Virus record (IMG/VR): IMGVR_UViG_3300033076_000127
Location: 1 to 25,363 of that record
Length of the DNA: 25,363 nucleotides
DNA from: a virus
Lineage: Duplodnaviria > Caudoviricetes
Direction: 5' to 3' (one strand)
The notes beneath the pieces are model-generated. The model was not told the origin of the DNA. It saw nothing but the letters and a program-made list of their open reading frames with translations, and did not search any database. The translations under genes and the position numbers were made by a program. Of the stretch, positions 14,404 through 22,793 are shown one piece after another. Positions within the stretch are counted from its first letter, which is position 1; each line of letters begins with the position of its first letter.

Positions 14404-15612
14404 ATGTCCAATAGCATTCTTACTATCGACATGATTACTCGCAAGGCCCTTGAAATCCTTGAGAATAATCTTGTCCTGACCCGCAACGTGAACCGCCAGT
14501 ACGACGACAGCTTCGCTGTTGAAGGCGCCAAGATCGGTTCGACCCTCCGCATCCGCCTGCCTGACCGCGCTCTCGTCACCGACGGCGCTGCCCTTCAGGT
14601 GCAGGACGACAACGAACAGTTCACCACCCTGACCGTTGCTTCGCAGAAGCACATCGGTGTGAACTTCACCACCGCCGAACTGACCATGCAGCTCGACGAC
14701 TTCGCCGAACGCGTTCTCAAGCCGCGTATTTCGCAGCTTGCTTCGTCGATTGACGCTGACGTTGCGAACTCGTTCAAGACCATCGGCAACTCGGTCGGCA
14801 CGCCGGGCACCACGCCCGCCACGTCGGCTGTTCTGCTTGCTGCCCAGCAGAAGCTGAACGAAAACGCTGCCGTCATGGCCCCGCGCTACGCAACCGTTAA
14901 CCCGGCTGCCAACGCTGGCCTCGTCGAAGGCATGAAGGGTCTGTTCAATCCGACCGACACCATCAGCCGTCAGTTCAAGAACGGCCTGATGGGCACCGGC
15001 GTGCTTGGTTTCGACGAAATCAACATGTCGCAGTCGATCAAGCAGTTCACCACCGGTTCGCGCACCGCGACCGGCGGCACGACCTCGGCTGCTGTGACCT
15101 CGGAAGGCGCGTCCACCATCGCCATCACCGGCGCTGGCGCTAACGCCACCGTCAAGGCTGGTGACGTGTTCACCGTCGCTGACTGCTACGCTGTGAACCC
15201 GCAGACCCGCGAAAGCACCGGTTCGCTGTTCCAGTTCGTCGCTCTCGCCGACGTGACCCTGAACGGCTCGGGCGCTGGTTCGATCACGGTTTCGCCGATC
15301 TACTCGGCCAACCATGCTCTCGCCACCGTCGATGCTCTGCCGGGCAACAGCAAGGCTGTCGTGTTCGTCGGTGCTGCTTCGTCGCAGTACGCGCAGAACC
15401 TCGTGTACCACAAGGACGCGATCACCTTCGCCACCGCCGACCTTCTGCTCCCGCAGGGTGTCGATATGGCTTCGCGCGCTGTCCACAACGGCATCTCGCT
15501 CCGCGTTGTCCGTCAGTACGACATCAACAACGACCGTATGCCCTGCCGTATCGACGTTCTGTACGGCTACAGCACCATCCGCCCGCAGATGGCTTGCCGT
15601 CTCTGGGGTTAA
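14404..15612 (+). CDS. major capsid protein, P22 gp5-like
   Basis: MSNSILTIDMITRKALEILENNL, GAKIGSTLRIRLP, ISLRVVRQYDI...CRIDVLYG; strong high-expression codon bias. Confidence 0.93.
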   Translation: MSNSILTIDMITRKALEILENNLVLTRNVNRQYDDSFAVEGAKIGSTLRIRLPDRALVTDGAALQVQDDNEQFTTLTVASQKHIGVNFTTAELTMQLDDFAERVLKPRISQLASSIDADVANSFKTIGNSVGTPGTTPATSAVLLAAQQKLNENAAVMAPRYATVNPAANAGLVEGMKGLFNPTDTISRQFKNGLMGTGVLGFDEINMSQSIKQFTTGSRTATGGTTSAAVTSEGASTIAITGAGANATVKAGDVFTVADCYAVNPQTRESTGSLFQFVALADVTLNGSGAGSITVSPIYSANHALATVDALPGNSKAVVFVGAASSQYAQNLVYHKDAITFATADLLLPQGVDMASRAVHNGISLRVVRQYDINNDRMPCRIDVLYGYSTIRPQMACRLWG

Positions 15613-15621
15613 TCAACTTAC

Positions 15622-15643
15622 GGCCCCGGCTTCGGTCGGGGCC
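15622..15643 (+). terminator. C(UUCG)G hairpin after coat gene; weak terminator or mRNA stabiliser
   Basis: GGCCCCGGC-TTCG-GTCGGGGCC; no U-tract follows. Confidence 0.55.
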
Positions 15644-15665
15644 ACTCTGATTAAGGAGAATTACA

Positions 15666-16076
15666 ATGGCTCTTCCTAATGGTGCTGGTGGTTACCAGCT
15701 TGGTGATGGCAACCTGAACGAAGCCGTTCTCGGCTACGCTCCGGTCCCGGCCACCGCCACTTCGACCGCGACCCTGACCGTCGCTCAGACCCTCAACGGT
15801 CTGATCCTCGGCAGCCCCGGTACGTCGGCTGCTTCGTACACCCTTCCGACCGTGTCGGACCTCGAAGCAACTCTGTCGAGCGCTAAGGTCGGCAGCACGT
15901 TCAGCTTCTCGGTTGTCAACGTTGATGGTTCGTCTTCGGGCGTCATCACGCTGGTCGCCGGCACGGGCTGGACCCTCGTCGGTCTGATGACGGTTGCCGC
16001 CACTGCCGGTACGGCCCAGATGTTCCGCGCCCGCAAGTCGGGCGACGGCGCTTGGTCGCTGTATCGCGTTGGCTAA
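15666..16076 (+). CDS. putative capsid decoration/head accessory protein
   Basis: AAGGAG RBS; follows coat; Ala/Gly/Thr/Ser beta-rich; coat-like codon bias. Confidence 0.7.
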   Translation: MALPNGAGGYQLGDGNLNEAVLGYAPVPATATSTATLTVAQTLNGLILGSPGTSAASYTLPTVSDLEATLSSAKVGSTFSFSVVNVDGSSSGVITLVAGTGWTLVGLMTVAATAGTAQMFRARKSGDGAWSLYRVG

Positions 16077-16081
16077 TGGGT

Positions 16082-16113
16082 TTGCCCCGGCCTCAGCGCC
16101 GGGGCAACCTTTT
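16082..16113 (+). terminator. intrinsic terminator
   Basis: TTGCCCCGGC-6 nt-GCCGGGGCAA followed by CCTTTT. Confidence 0.65.
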
Positions 16114-16127
16114 AAGGAGTAAAACCT

Positions 16128-16412
16128 ATGCCTAACACCAAGGCTATTGGCGTTGCTTACGCCGATCCTTCGTTCGAAAGCGTCACCGTCAGCGGTGCCG
16201 TGACGGCTGACACCGTGACCTCGTCGTCCTCGACGGGCGTTGTGGCTGCCAACTCGAACGCCGGCGTTTACATCCTGAGCACGGCGATCACCGCTAACTC
16301 GACCACCACTTCGGCCCCTGCTGGTTCGCTTGGTATCACCACCAACGCCACCGGTAAGGGTAAGCTGTTCTACGCGGACGGCACCAAGTGGCAGTTCATG
16401 GCGATCAGCTAA
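16128..16412 (+). CDS. putative head fibre/accessory structural protein (94 aa)
   Basis: AAGGAG RBS; APAGSL...GKLFY.DGTKW trimeric-fibre-like motif. Confidence 0.7.
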   Translation: MPNTKAIGVAYADPSFESVTVSGAVTADTVTSSSSTGVVAANSNAGVYILSTAITANSTTTSAPAGSLGITTNATGKGKLFYADGTKWQFMAIS

Positions 16413-16416
16413 TGAG

Positions 16417-16445
16417 AATGGGCGGCCTTCGGGCCGTCCATTTTT
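16417..16445 (+). terminator. intrinsic terminator
   Basis: AATGGGCGGCC-TTCG-GGCCGTCCATT with a T run. Confidence 0.8.
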
Positions 16446-16456
16446 GAGAGGGTATT

Positions 16457-16672
16457 ATGGCAGTTATCTACATGATCCATCCGGCTCATGGCGCTAAGGT
16501 CGCTATCAGCGAACACGAAGCGATTTATGATGAAAGCAACGGTTGGATGCGCTATGATCCGACCACGTCGGCTCCTGCGGCGGTCGAAGACGATGAGGCC
16601 GACGAGCCGGTCGTCAACGAAATGGCGGCTCCTAAGCGCCGTGGACGCCCACGGGCAAAGCAGGAAGATTAA
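16457..16672 (+). CDS. small protein with acidic linker and AT-hook-like tail (71 aa)
   Basis: GAGG RBS; C-terminal PKRRGRPRAK. Confidence 0.75.
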   Translation: MAVIYMIHPAHGAKVAISEHEAIYDESNGWMRYDPTTSAPAAVEDDEADEPVVNEMAAPKRRGRPRAKQED

Positions 16673-16674
16673 TC

Positions 16675-17385
16675 ATGGCAACGGCTGGCGACATCATTAA
16701 CGGGTCACTCCGGCTTCTGGGTGTGCTGGCCGAAGGCGAAGTCCCCTCGGCGGAAACGTCGCAGGACGCGCTCAACGCCATGAACCAGATGATCGACAGT
16801 TGGAACACGGAACGTCTGTCCGTCTTCTCAACGCAGGATCAGCAGTTCGATTGGCCCGCAGGCATTCTCAGCCGCACGCTCGGCCCTACCGGCGACTTCG
16901 TCGGTAACCGCCCGGTCTACTTCGACGATGCAACGTACTTCGTCGATCCGGGCACCGGCGTCAGCTACGGCATCAAGTTCATCAACCAGCAGCAGTACGA
17001 CGGCATCGCGGTCAAGACCGTGACCTCGACGTTCCCGCAGGTCATCTTCGTCAACATGACCTACCCGGACGTGGAGATGTACATCTACCCGCGCCCGACG
17101 CGTCTGCTGCGCTGGCACTTCATCTCGGTCGAAGAACTGACGCAGCCCGCTACGCTGGCGACAGAACTCCACTTCCCGCCCGGCTATCTGCGTGCGTTCC
17201 GCTATAATCTGGCCTGCGAGTTCGCGCCGGAGTTTGGCGTTGAACCTAGCCCGCAAGTCCAGCGCATCGCTATGACCTCGAAGCGCGACCTCAAGCGCGT
17301 CAACAATCCTGACGACATCATGTCGCTGCCCTACAGCCTCGTGGCCAACCGTCAGCGCTTCAACATCTACGCAGGTAACTACTAA
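16675..17385 (+). CDS. head-tail adaptor, P22 gp4-like
   Basis: TAGDIINGSLRLLGVLAEGE.PSAE..QDAL..MNQM.DSW; AFRYNLACEFAPEFG; precedes gp10-like gene. Confidence 0.82.
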   Translation: MATAGDIINGSLRLLGVLAEGEVPSAETSQDALNAMNQMIDSWNTERLSVFSTQDQQFDWPAGILSRTLGPTGDFVGNRPVYFDDATYFVDPGTGVSYGIKFINQQQYDGIAVKTVTSTFPQVIFVNMTYPDVEMYIYPRPTRLLRWHFISVEELTQPATLATELHFPPGYLRAFRYNLACEFAPEFGVEPSPQVQRIAMTSKRDLKRVNNPDDIMSLPYSLVANRQRFNIYAGNY

Positions 17386-18815
17386 TGAAGACGCCGATCC
17401 TCGGGTCGGCGTATGTCGCACGAAGCGTCAACGCCGCCGACAACCGAATGGTCAATCTGTTCCCGGAAGTTGTTCCGGAGGGCGGCAAAGAGCCGGCGTT
17501 CCTTCAGCGGGCGCCCGGCCTCACCCGTCTGCTGACTGCTGGCATCGGTCCGATCCGCGGCATGTGGCAGTACGGCGATTACGGCTACGCCGTGTCGGGC
17601 AACACGCTGTACCAGATCGACAGCAACTGGAACGCGGTCGCCAAGGGCACTGTGGCTGGCAGCGGGCCTGTCAGCATGTCCGACAACGGCACGCAGCTAT
17701 TCATCGCGGCCAACCCGCAGGGCTACATCTACAACGTCAACACTGACGTGTTCCAGCAGATCACCGACCCGGACTTTCCGGGCGCGGTCACGGTCGGCTA
17801 CATCGACGGCTACTTCGTGTTCAACGAACCGAACAGCCAGAAGATTTGGGTGACGCAGTTGCTGGACGGCACCAGCGTCGATCCGCTGGACTTTGCCAGC
17901 GCTGAAGGAAACCCAGACGACGTTGTGGCCGTGTTCGTCGATCACCGCGAAGTCTGGGTGTTTGGCACCAACTCGACCGAAGTCTGGTACGACGCCGGCC
18001 TGACCGACTTCCCGCTGACCCGCATTCAGGGCGCCTTCAACGAACTCGGCTGCGCGGCACCGTACTCCATCGCCAAGATGGACAACCAGATTTACTGGCT
18101 CGGCAAGGACGCACGCGGTCAGGGCATGGTTTACCGCGCTGCCGGCTATATCGGACAGCGCATCTCGACGCACGCTATTGAGTGGCAGTTGCAAGAGTAC
18201 GCTAACCTTGAGGACGCGGTTGGCTACACGTACCAGCAGGACGGCCACAGCTTCTACGTGCTGAACTTCCCGACTGCCAACACGACTTGGGTATTCGACG
18301 TGGCGACCGGCGCTTGGCACGAACGGGCATCGTTCGCCAACGGCGCGTTCAACCGCCACCGCGGCAACTGCCAGATGTTCTTCAACGCTACAAATGTAGT
18401 CGGGGACTATCAGAACGGCAAAATCTACAAGCTGAACTTGGACGACTACTCCGACGACGGCGATCCGCAGAAGTGGCTGCGTTCGTGGCGTGCGCTGCCC
18501 ACCGGCGCCAATAACCTCGCCCGCACGATCCAGCACTCCATGCAGCTAGACTGCGAGACGGGCGTCGGTCTGGTCACGGGCCAAGGCGACAACCCTCAGG
18601 TCATGCTGCGCTGGTCGGACGACGGCGGCCATACGTGGTCCAACGAACACTGGAAGTCGATGGGCCGGATCGGTCGTTCGGGCTACCGCACGATCTGGCG
18701 GCGTCTGGGCGCTACGCTTAAGATACGTGACCGCGTCTACGAAATCTCGGGTACTGATCCGGTACGCATCTACATCATGGGCGCTGAACTGCTGCTCAGC
18801 GGGACGCGTGCCTGA
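17385..18815 (+). CDS. tail hub / packaged DNA stabilisation protein, P22 gp10-like
   Basis: 476 aa beta-propeller-like; IDGYFVF, FASAEGNPD, FGTNSTEVWY, MLRWSDDGGHTWSNE, WRRLG. Confidence 0.9.
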   Translation: MKTPILGSAYVARSVNAADNRMVNLFPEVVPEGGKEPAFLQRAPGLTRLLTAGIGPIRGMWQYGDYGYAVSGNTLYQIDSNWNAVAKGTVAGSGPVSMSDNGTQLFIAANPQGYIYNVNTDVFQQITDPDFPGAVTVGYIDGYFVFNEPNSQKIWVTQLLDGTSVDPLDFASAEGNPDDVVAVFVDHREVWVFGTNSTEVWYDAGLTDFPLTRIQGAFNELGCAAPYSIAKMDNQIYWLGKDARGQGMVYRAAGYIGQRISTHAIEWQLQEYANLEDAVGYTYQQDGHSFYVLNFPTANTTWVFDVATGAWHERASFANGAFNRHRGNCQMFFNATNVVGDYQNGKIYKLNLDDYSDDGDPQKWLRSWRALPTGANNLARTIQHSMQLDCETGVGLVTGQGDNPQVMLRWSDDGGHTWSNEHWKSMGRIGRSGYRTIWRRLGATLKIRDRVYEISGTDPVRIYIMGAELLLSGTRA

Positions 18816-19663
18816 TGGCGTACTCGCCGATCAACCCTACACAGCTTACGCCGCCGCGCGTTGCGTTGATCGACGAGCGATCCGGTGCGATCAGCCGTGA
18901 GTGGTATCGGTTCTTTCTGTCGCTGCTGACAGCTACCCAAACCAATCAGGAAGAAACCTTCCTTGCCCCCGACGCGGACTCGCTGCTGGCGTCATACGAC
19001 GCGGTGTTTTCGGATGCCATTCAGGCGCTAGAGAGCACGCCCGACTGCTGTTCCGAGACGGCGTCCGTCGATGCCAAGGTTGACAGTCTGGCTCAGACGA
19101 CCGGCGTCACACCGCCTGCCGCGACTGAGGACGAGATCGCCGCGATCCAGACGCAGCTTCAGGCGCTGGCGCTGTCGCCGCCGGCCAAGGAATATCGCAC
19201 CCCGCGCTACGGGTCGTTCTACGACACGACGACGCAGACGGCAGCCGCTATCAATACGGCTTACGCCATGACGTTCAACACGACGGACTTGTCCGTTGGC
19301 GTGACCCGTGGGACGCCGACATCCCGCATTTACGTGGACCGCCCCAACGTCTACAACATTCAGTTCTCCGCGCAGCTAGACAAGACCGCTGGCGGCGACG
19401 CTTTGATCTGGATTTGGTTGCGTAAGAATGGCGTAAATGTGCCTGACAGCACCGGTCAAGTTCGCGTGCAAGGTAACAATTCGGAACTTCTGGCCGCGTG
19501 GAATTACCTGATCCAGCTTAATGCGGGTGACTACATAGAGATCATGTGGGAAGTTGACGACACCAGCATTCAGATATTGTATGATCCCGCGACTGCGGTG
19601 CATCCGGCAATCCCGTCGGTAATTCTGACCGTGACCGATAACGTGAGTTCCTTGGAGGTTTAA
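18815..19663 (+). CDS. putative tail needle (gp26-like) with C-terminal knob
   Basis: PPRVALID.RSG.ISREWYRFF N-terminus, helical middle, C1q/TNF-like beta C-terminus (VYNIQFSAQL, LNAGDYIEIMW); follows gp10. Confidence 0.6.
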   Translation: MAYSPINPTQLTPPRVALIDERSGAISREWYRFFLSLLTATQTNQEETFLAPDADSLLASYDAVFSDAIQALESTPDCCSETASVDAKVDSLAQTTGVTPPAATEDEIAAIQTQLQALALSPPAKEYRTPRYGSFYDTTTQTAAAINTAYAMTFNTTDLSVGVTRGTPTSRIYVDRPNVYNIQFSAQLDKTAGGDALIWIWLRKNGVNVPDSTGQVRVQGNNSELLAAWNYLIQLNAGDYIEIMWEVDDTSIQILYDPATAVHPAIPSVILTVTDNVSSLEV

Positions 19664-19664
19664 C

Positions 19665-20000
19665 ATGGCCGTATCCATCAGCAACATCATCCCGGCCAAG
19701 ACGGCTGAGAACGCCCAGACGACGCAGTACACGTCGAACGGTGTGCAGACGATCATCGACAAGTTCACGGCGACGAACTACAACACGACCGCCGCGACCA
19801 TCAGCGTCAACCTCGTCACGGCTGCCGGCAGCGCGGGCAACGACAACTTGATCGTCAAGACCAAGACGCTCCAGCCTACCGAGACGTACACCTTCCCGGA
19901 ACTGGTCGGACATGTGCTTCCCGTTGGTGGTTTCATCTCGACGATTGCTGGAACGGCTTCGGCCATTAACATCCGCGCCTCGGGCCGTCTGGTCAGCTAA
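19665..20000 (+). CDS. conserved small virion-associated protein (111 aa)
   Basis: GGAGG RBS; beta-rich; within tail operon. Confidence 0.7.
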   Translation: MAVSISNIIPAKTAENAQTTQYTSNGVQTIIDKFTATNYNTTAATISVNLVTAAGSAGNDNLIVKTKTLQPTETYTFPELVGHVLPVGGFISTIAGTASAINIRASGRLVS

Positions 20001-20419
20001 TGCTGGAGCGGTGTTTCGACACCGACTTTATCAACCGGGTGGTCAACCATCCGGACGTGCGACCTTTCGTGGGCGACCCTGACTTCGGTGAGTTGGACCT
20101 AAGCGAACTGGTGAACCGCCCGGAACACTGGTTTTTGATGGGCGAGCATGGCGGCTTTTTGTTGATGTGGTCCGCCCCAGATGTGCGTGAAGTACATACG
20201 TTTGTGCTGCCGGAAGGGCGGGGGCCGTGGGCCGCTGACATCCGCGCTAAGACTATTGACTACGCCAAGGCCCACGGCACTAAAATGCTTTGGACCAAGA
20301 TCGCGCCGGAACATAAGCACGTCGAACGCTTCGCCCGTCAAGGGGGTATGCAATTGACCGATGAAGTGATAGAAACCTTCGGTAAGCCATACCGAATTTA
20401 TAGGATGGAGTTAAGCTGA
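20000..20419 (+). CDS. GNAT-fold protein in the position of P22 gp14
   Basis: INRVVNHPDVRP, REVHTFVLPEGRG.W, KMLWTKI...HVERFA..GM match GNAT motifs; just before ejection genes. Confidence 0.7.
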   Translation: MLERCFDTDFINRVVNHPDVRPFVGDPDFGELDLSELVNRPEHWFLMGEHGGFLLMWSAPDVREVHTFVLPEGRGPWAADIRAKTIDYAKAHGTKMLWTKIAPEHKHVERFARQGGMQLTDEVIETFGKPYRIYRMELS

Positions 20420-21195
20420 TGCCAGTTGCAGGCGCAATTATCGGCGGCGTTGCATCGCTCGGCGGCGCGGCAATTGCCAGCAGCGCGGCCAAAAAGGCTG
20501 CGCAGACGCAGACGCAGGCCGCGCAGGACGCACAAGCCGCGCAGGAGCGCATGTACGAGCGGCAGGTCGCCCTACAAGAGCCGTTCCGTCAGGCTGGTCT
20601 TACTGCCCAGAACCAGATCATGCAGCTTCTCGGCATCGGCGGCGATGCCAACGCGCCCGGCTATGGTAGTCTGGCTAAGCCGTTCGGCACGCAGCAGTTC
20701 CAGCAAGACCCCGGCTACGCATTCCGTCAGTCGGAAGGGATGAAGGCGCTGGAGCGTTCGGCGGCTGCGCGTGGTGGGCTGCTGTCTGGATCAGCCATGA
20801 AGGGCATCCAGCGCTTCGGTCAGGACTTGGCCAGCCAAGAATACCAGAACGCCTTCAACCGCTATCAGGTCGAGCGCGCTGCCCGTCTGAACCCGCTTCA
20901 GTCGCTGATGGGTTCCGGTCAGTCGGCGGTCAACACGTTGACGGGTGCTGCTGGTCAGGCAGGCCAGAATGAAGCCGCCAATCTGTACAACGCCGGGCAA
21001 GCCCGCGCATCTGGTTACGTCGGGTCTGCTAACGCGCTGGCTGGCGCTCTTGGCAGCATCGGTCAGGCGGCTGTGAATTACCCGCTGTATCAGGCGCAGA
21101 TGAACTACTACAACAGCGGCGGCTACGGTGGCGGCGGCGGTACGCCGTCAGTTACGCCGACGACGTATAACGCCTTTGCGGGCATGAAGGGTTAA
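20419..21195 (+). CDS. DNA ejection (pilot) protein, P22 gp7-like
   Basis: Hydrophobic Gly/Ala N-terminus then AAKKAAQ.Q..AA; DPGYAFR..EG..ALERSAAARGGLLSG motif. Confidence 0.82.
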   Translation: MPVAGAIIGGVASLGGAAIASSAAKKAAQTQTQAAQDAQAAQERMYERQVALQEPFRQAGLTAQNQIMQLLGIGGDANAPGYGSLAKPFGTQQFQQDPGYAFRQSEGMKALERSAAARGGLLSGSAMKGIQRFGQDLASQEYQNAFNRYQVERAARLNPLQSLMGSGQSAVNTLTGAAGQAGQNEAANLYNAGQARASGYVGSANALAGALGSIGQAAVNYPLYQAQMNYYNSGGYGGGGGTPSVTPTTYNAFAGMKG

Positions 21196-21200
21196 TCAAA

Positions 21201-22793
21201 ATGGCTAACCAAGCAATCGCCCTCGGCGCCCGCGCACCACAGACCGACATTCTTGGCGGTGCTATCCAGCGCAACGCGCAGCTTATGAATATGATGGCGC
21301 AGCAGCGCGCTGCTGAACGTCAGGGTGCGATGGCGCAGCAGGAAATGCAGCTTAAGCAGCAGTTGGCTGTGCCGCAGCAGGCTAAGGCGCAGTCGGAGGC
21401 GCAGTCGGCGCAGCTTAAATACGTAACCGATTTCTTGAATACGTCGGCGCTGGCGTTGTCGAACGTTCGCAACGCTGACGAAGCGCATAACGTTGCACAA
21501 ATTCTGCACCAGCATTTTCCAGATATGGATCAGGCTATCGCGCAGACCATGTCGTCTATCCCGCAGAACCCGGCGGACTTTGACGCATGGCGCCAGCGCA
21601 CGCTGTATCAGACGATGGATGCTAAGGAACAACTTAAGCAGAAGTTCATCGACATCACGACCGGCGACCAGACGTACACGATGGCAGCGCCTGAGTATGC
21701 GGGCAGTGGTATGCCGACGGCTGAAGTGCCGGGCACCCGCGTCAAGGCGCCGCAGGGCATCACATATGTAAAAGACGATATGGGCGTCATTCGTCCGATG
21801 CCCACCAAGACCACCGGCAGTGAAACTCCCGGTCTGGTCGGTGGCCCCCGCGGTGGTGTCGCAGGCGCGCTTCAGACCAATCCGGGGGCGCTTAAGGACA
21901 GTGCATTCGCTAAGTCGCAGCCCGGTTACACGGGCGCCAGCGGCGGCTTTGCTACGTTTGCTACGCCGGAAGCCGGTATTGCGGCGCAGGAAGCACTGCT
22001 GCGCGGCAGCTACGTCAACAAGGGCTACAACACGATTGACAAGATCGTGAACCGTTACGCGCCTCCGGGACCGGAGAACAGCGCGGCGTCGGTCAGCAAC
22101 TACAAGAAGTACATCGCAGGCCAGACCGGCATCGACATCAATCAGCCGATCACGGCGGCGCAGGTTCCGGCGGTCGCCAAGGCCATGCGTGAGTTTGAGA
22201 CGGGTCAGCGTCCGGGCAGCGGTGGTGCCGGCGGTGTTCAGTTTGGTCAGCCGCTTGAAGGCACGGACATCATGCTGCGTCAAGCAGAAGCCAAGGCCCG
22301 CACGGCAGCGGGCGCTGCTGGGTCGAAGTACGACAAGATGATCCGCAACGCGGAAGAACTGCTTAAGCACCCGTCGCTAGATACTATCGTCGGCAACATT
22401 CAAGGCAACTTGCCTGAGACGGCGTTGGAAGTATCCTCGCAAGACGCGGCCGACGCGCTGAACCTGTACCGCACGCTGCTGGTGCAAGGCGGCTTTGCTG
22501 AACTTCAGGCACTGCGCGACGCGTCGCCGACCGGTGGCGCGCTGGGTCAGGTGTCCGACCGCGAAAACGCCATGCTCCAGCAGGCGGCGGGCGCTCTTGG
22601 TCGTTCGCAGAGCGAGGCTTTGTTTAAGCAGCACGTCCGCGAATTTATCGCACAGTTGAAGGCGTCGAAGGCCCGCGTCGAACAGGCTTACGCCGAACAG
22701 TTCGGCAAGCCGTTCAGCGCTGGTGCTGGTGCTGCACCTTCCGCCGCGCCGAAGCGTCTTAAGTTCAACCCTGCTACGGGGGACTTTGAGTAA
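21201..22793 (+). CDS. DNA ejection protein (gp20 position) with internal lysozyme-like domain
   Basis: Gln/Ala-rich helical protein; internal TNPGAL...FATFATPEAG...TIDKIVNRYAPP..EN...Y...ETG; C-terminal GGALGQVSDRE. Confidence 0.72.
   Translation: MANQAIALGARAPQTDILGGAIQRNAQLMNMMAQQRAAERQGAMAQQEMQLKQQLAVPQQAKAQSEAQSAQLKYVTDFLNTSALALSNVRNADEAHNVAQILHQHFPDMDQAIAQTMSSIPQNPADFDAWRQRTLYQTMDAKEQLKQKFIDITTGDQTYTMAAPEYAGSGMPTAEVPGTRVKAPQGITYVKDDMGVIRPMPTKTTGSETPGLVGGPRGGVAGALQTNPGALKDSAFAKSQPGYTGASGGFATFATPEAGIAAQEALLRGSYVNKGYNTIDKIVNRYAPPGPENSAASVSNYKKYIAGQTGIDINQPITAAQVPAVAKAMREFETGQRPGSGGAGGVQFGQPLEGTDIMLRQAEAKARTAAGAAGSKYDKMIRNAEELLKHPSLDTIVGNIQGNLPETALEVSSQDAADALNLYRTLLVQGGFAELQALRDASPTGGALGQVSDRENAMLQQAAGALGRSQSEALFKQHVREFIAQLKASKARVEQAYAEQFGKPFSAGAGAAPSAAPKRLKFNPATGDFE

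Noticed and set aside
14389-15486. 365-aa minus-strand ORF opposite the coat gene
   Set aside because: Expected antisense open frame from strong codon bias; no RBS or recognisable motif.
21192-22370. 392-aa minus-strand ORF and similar antisense ORFs across terL, portal and gp10
   Set aside because: Shadow ORFs of GC-rich coding sequence.
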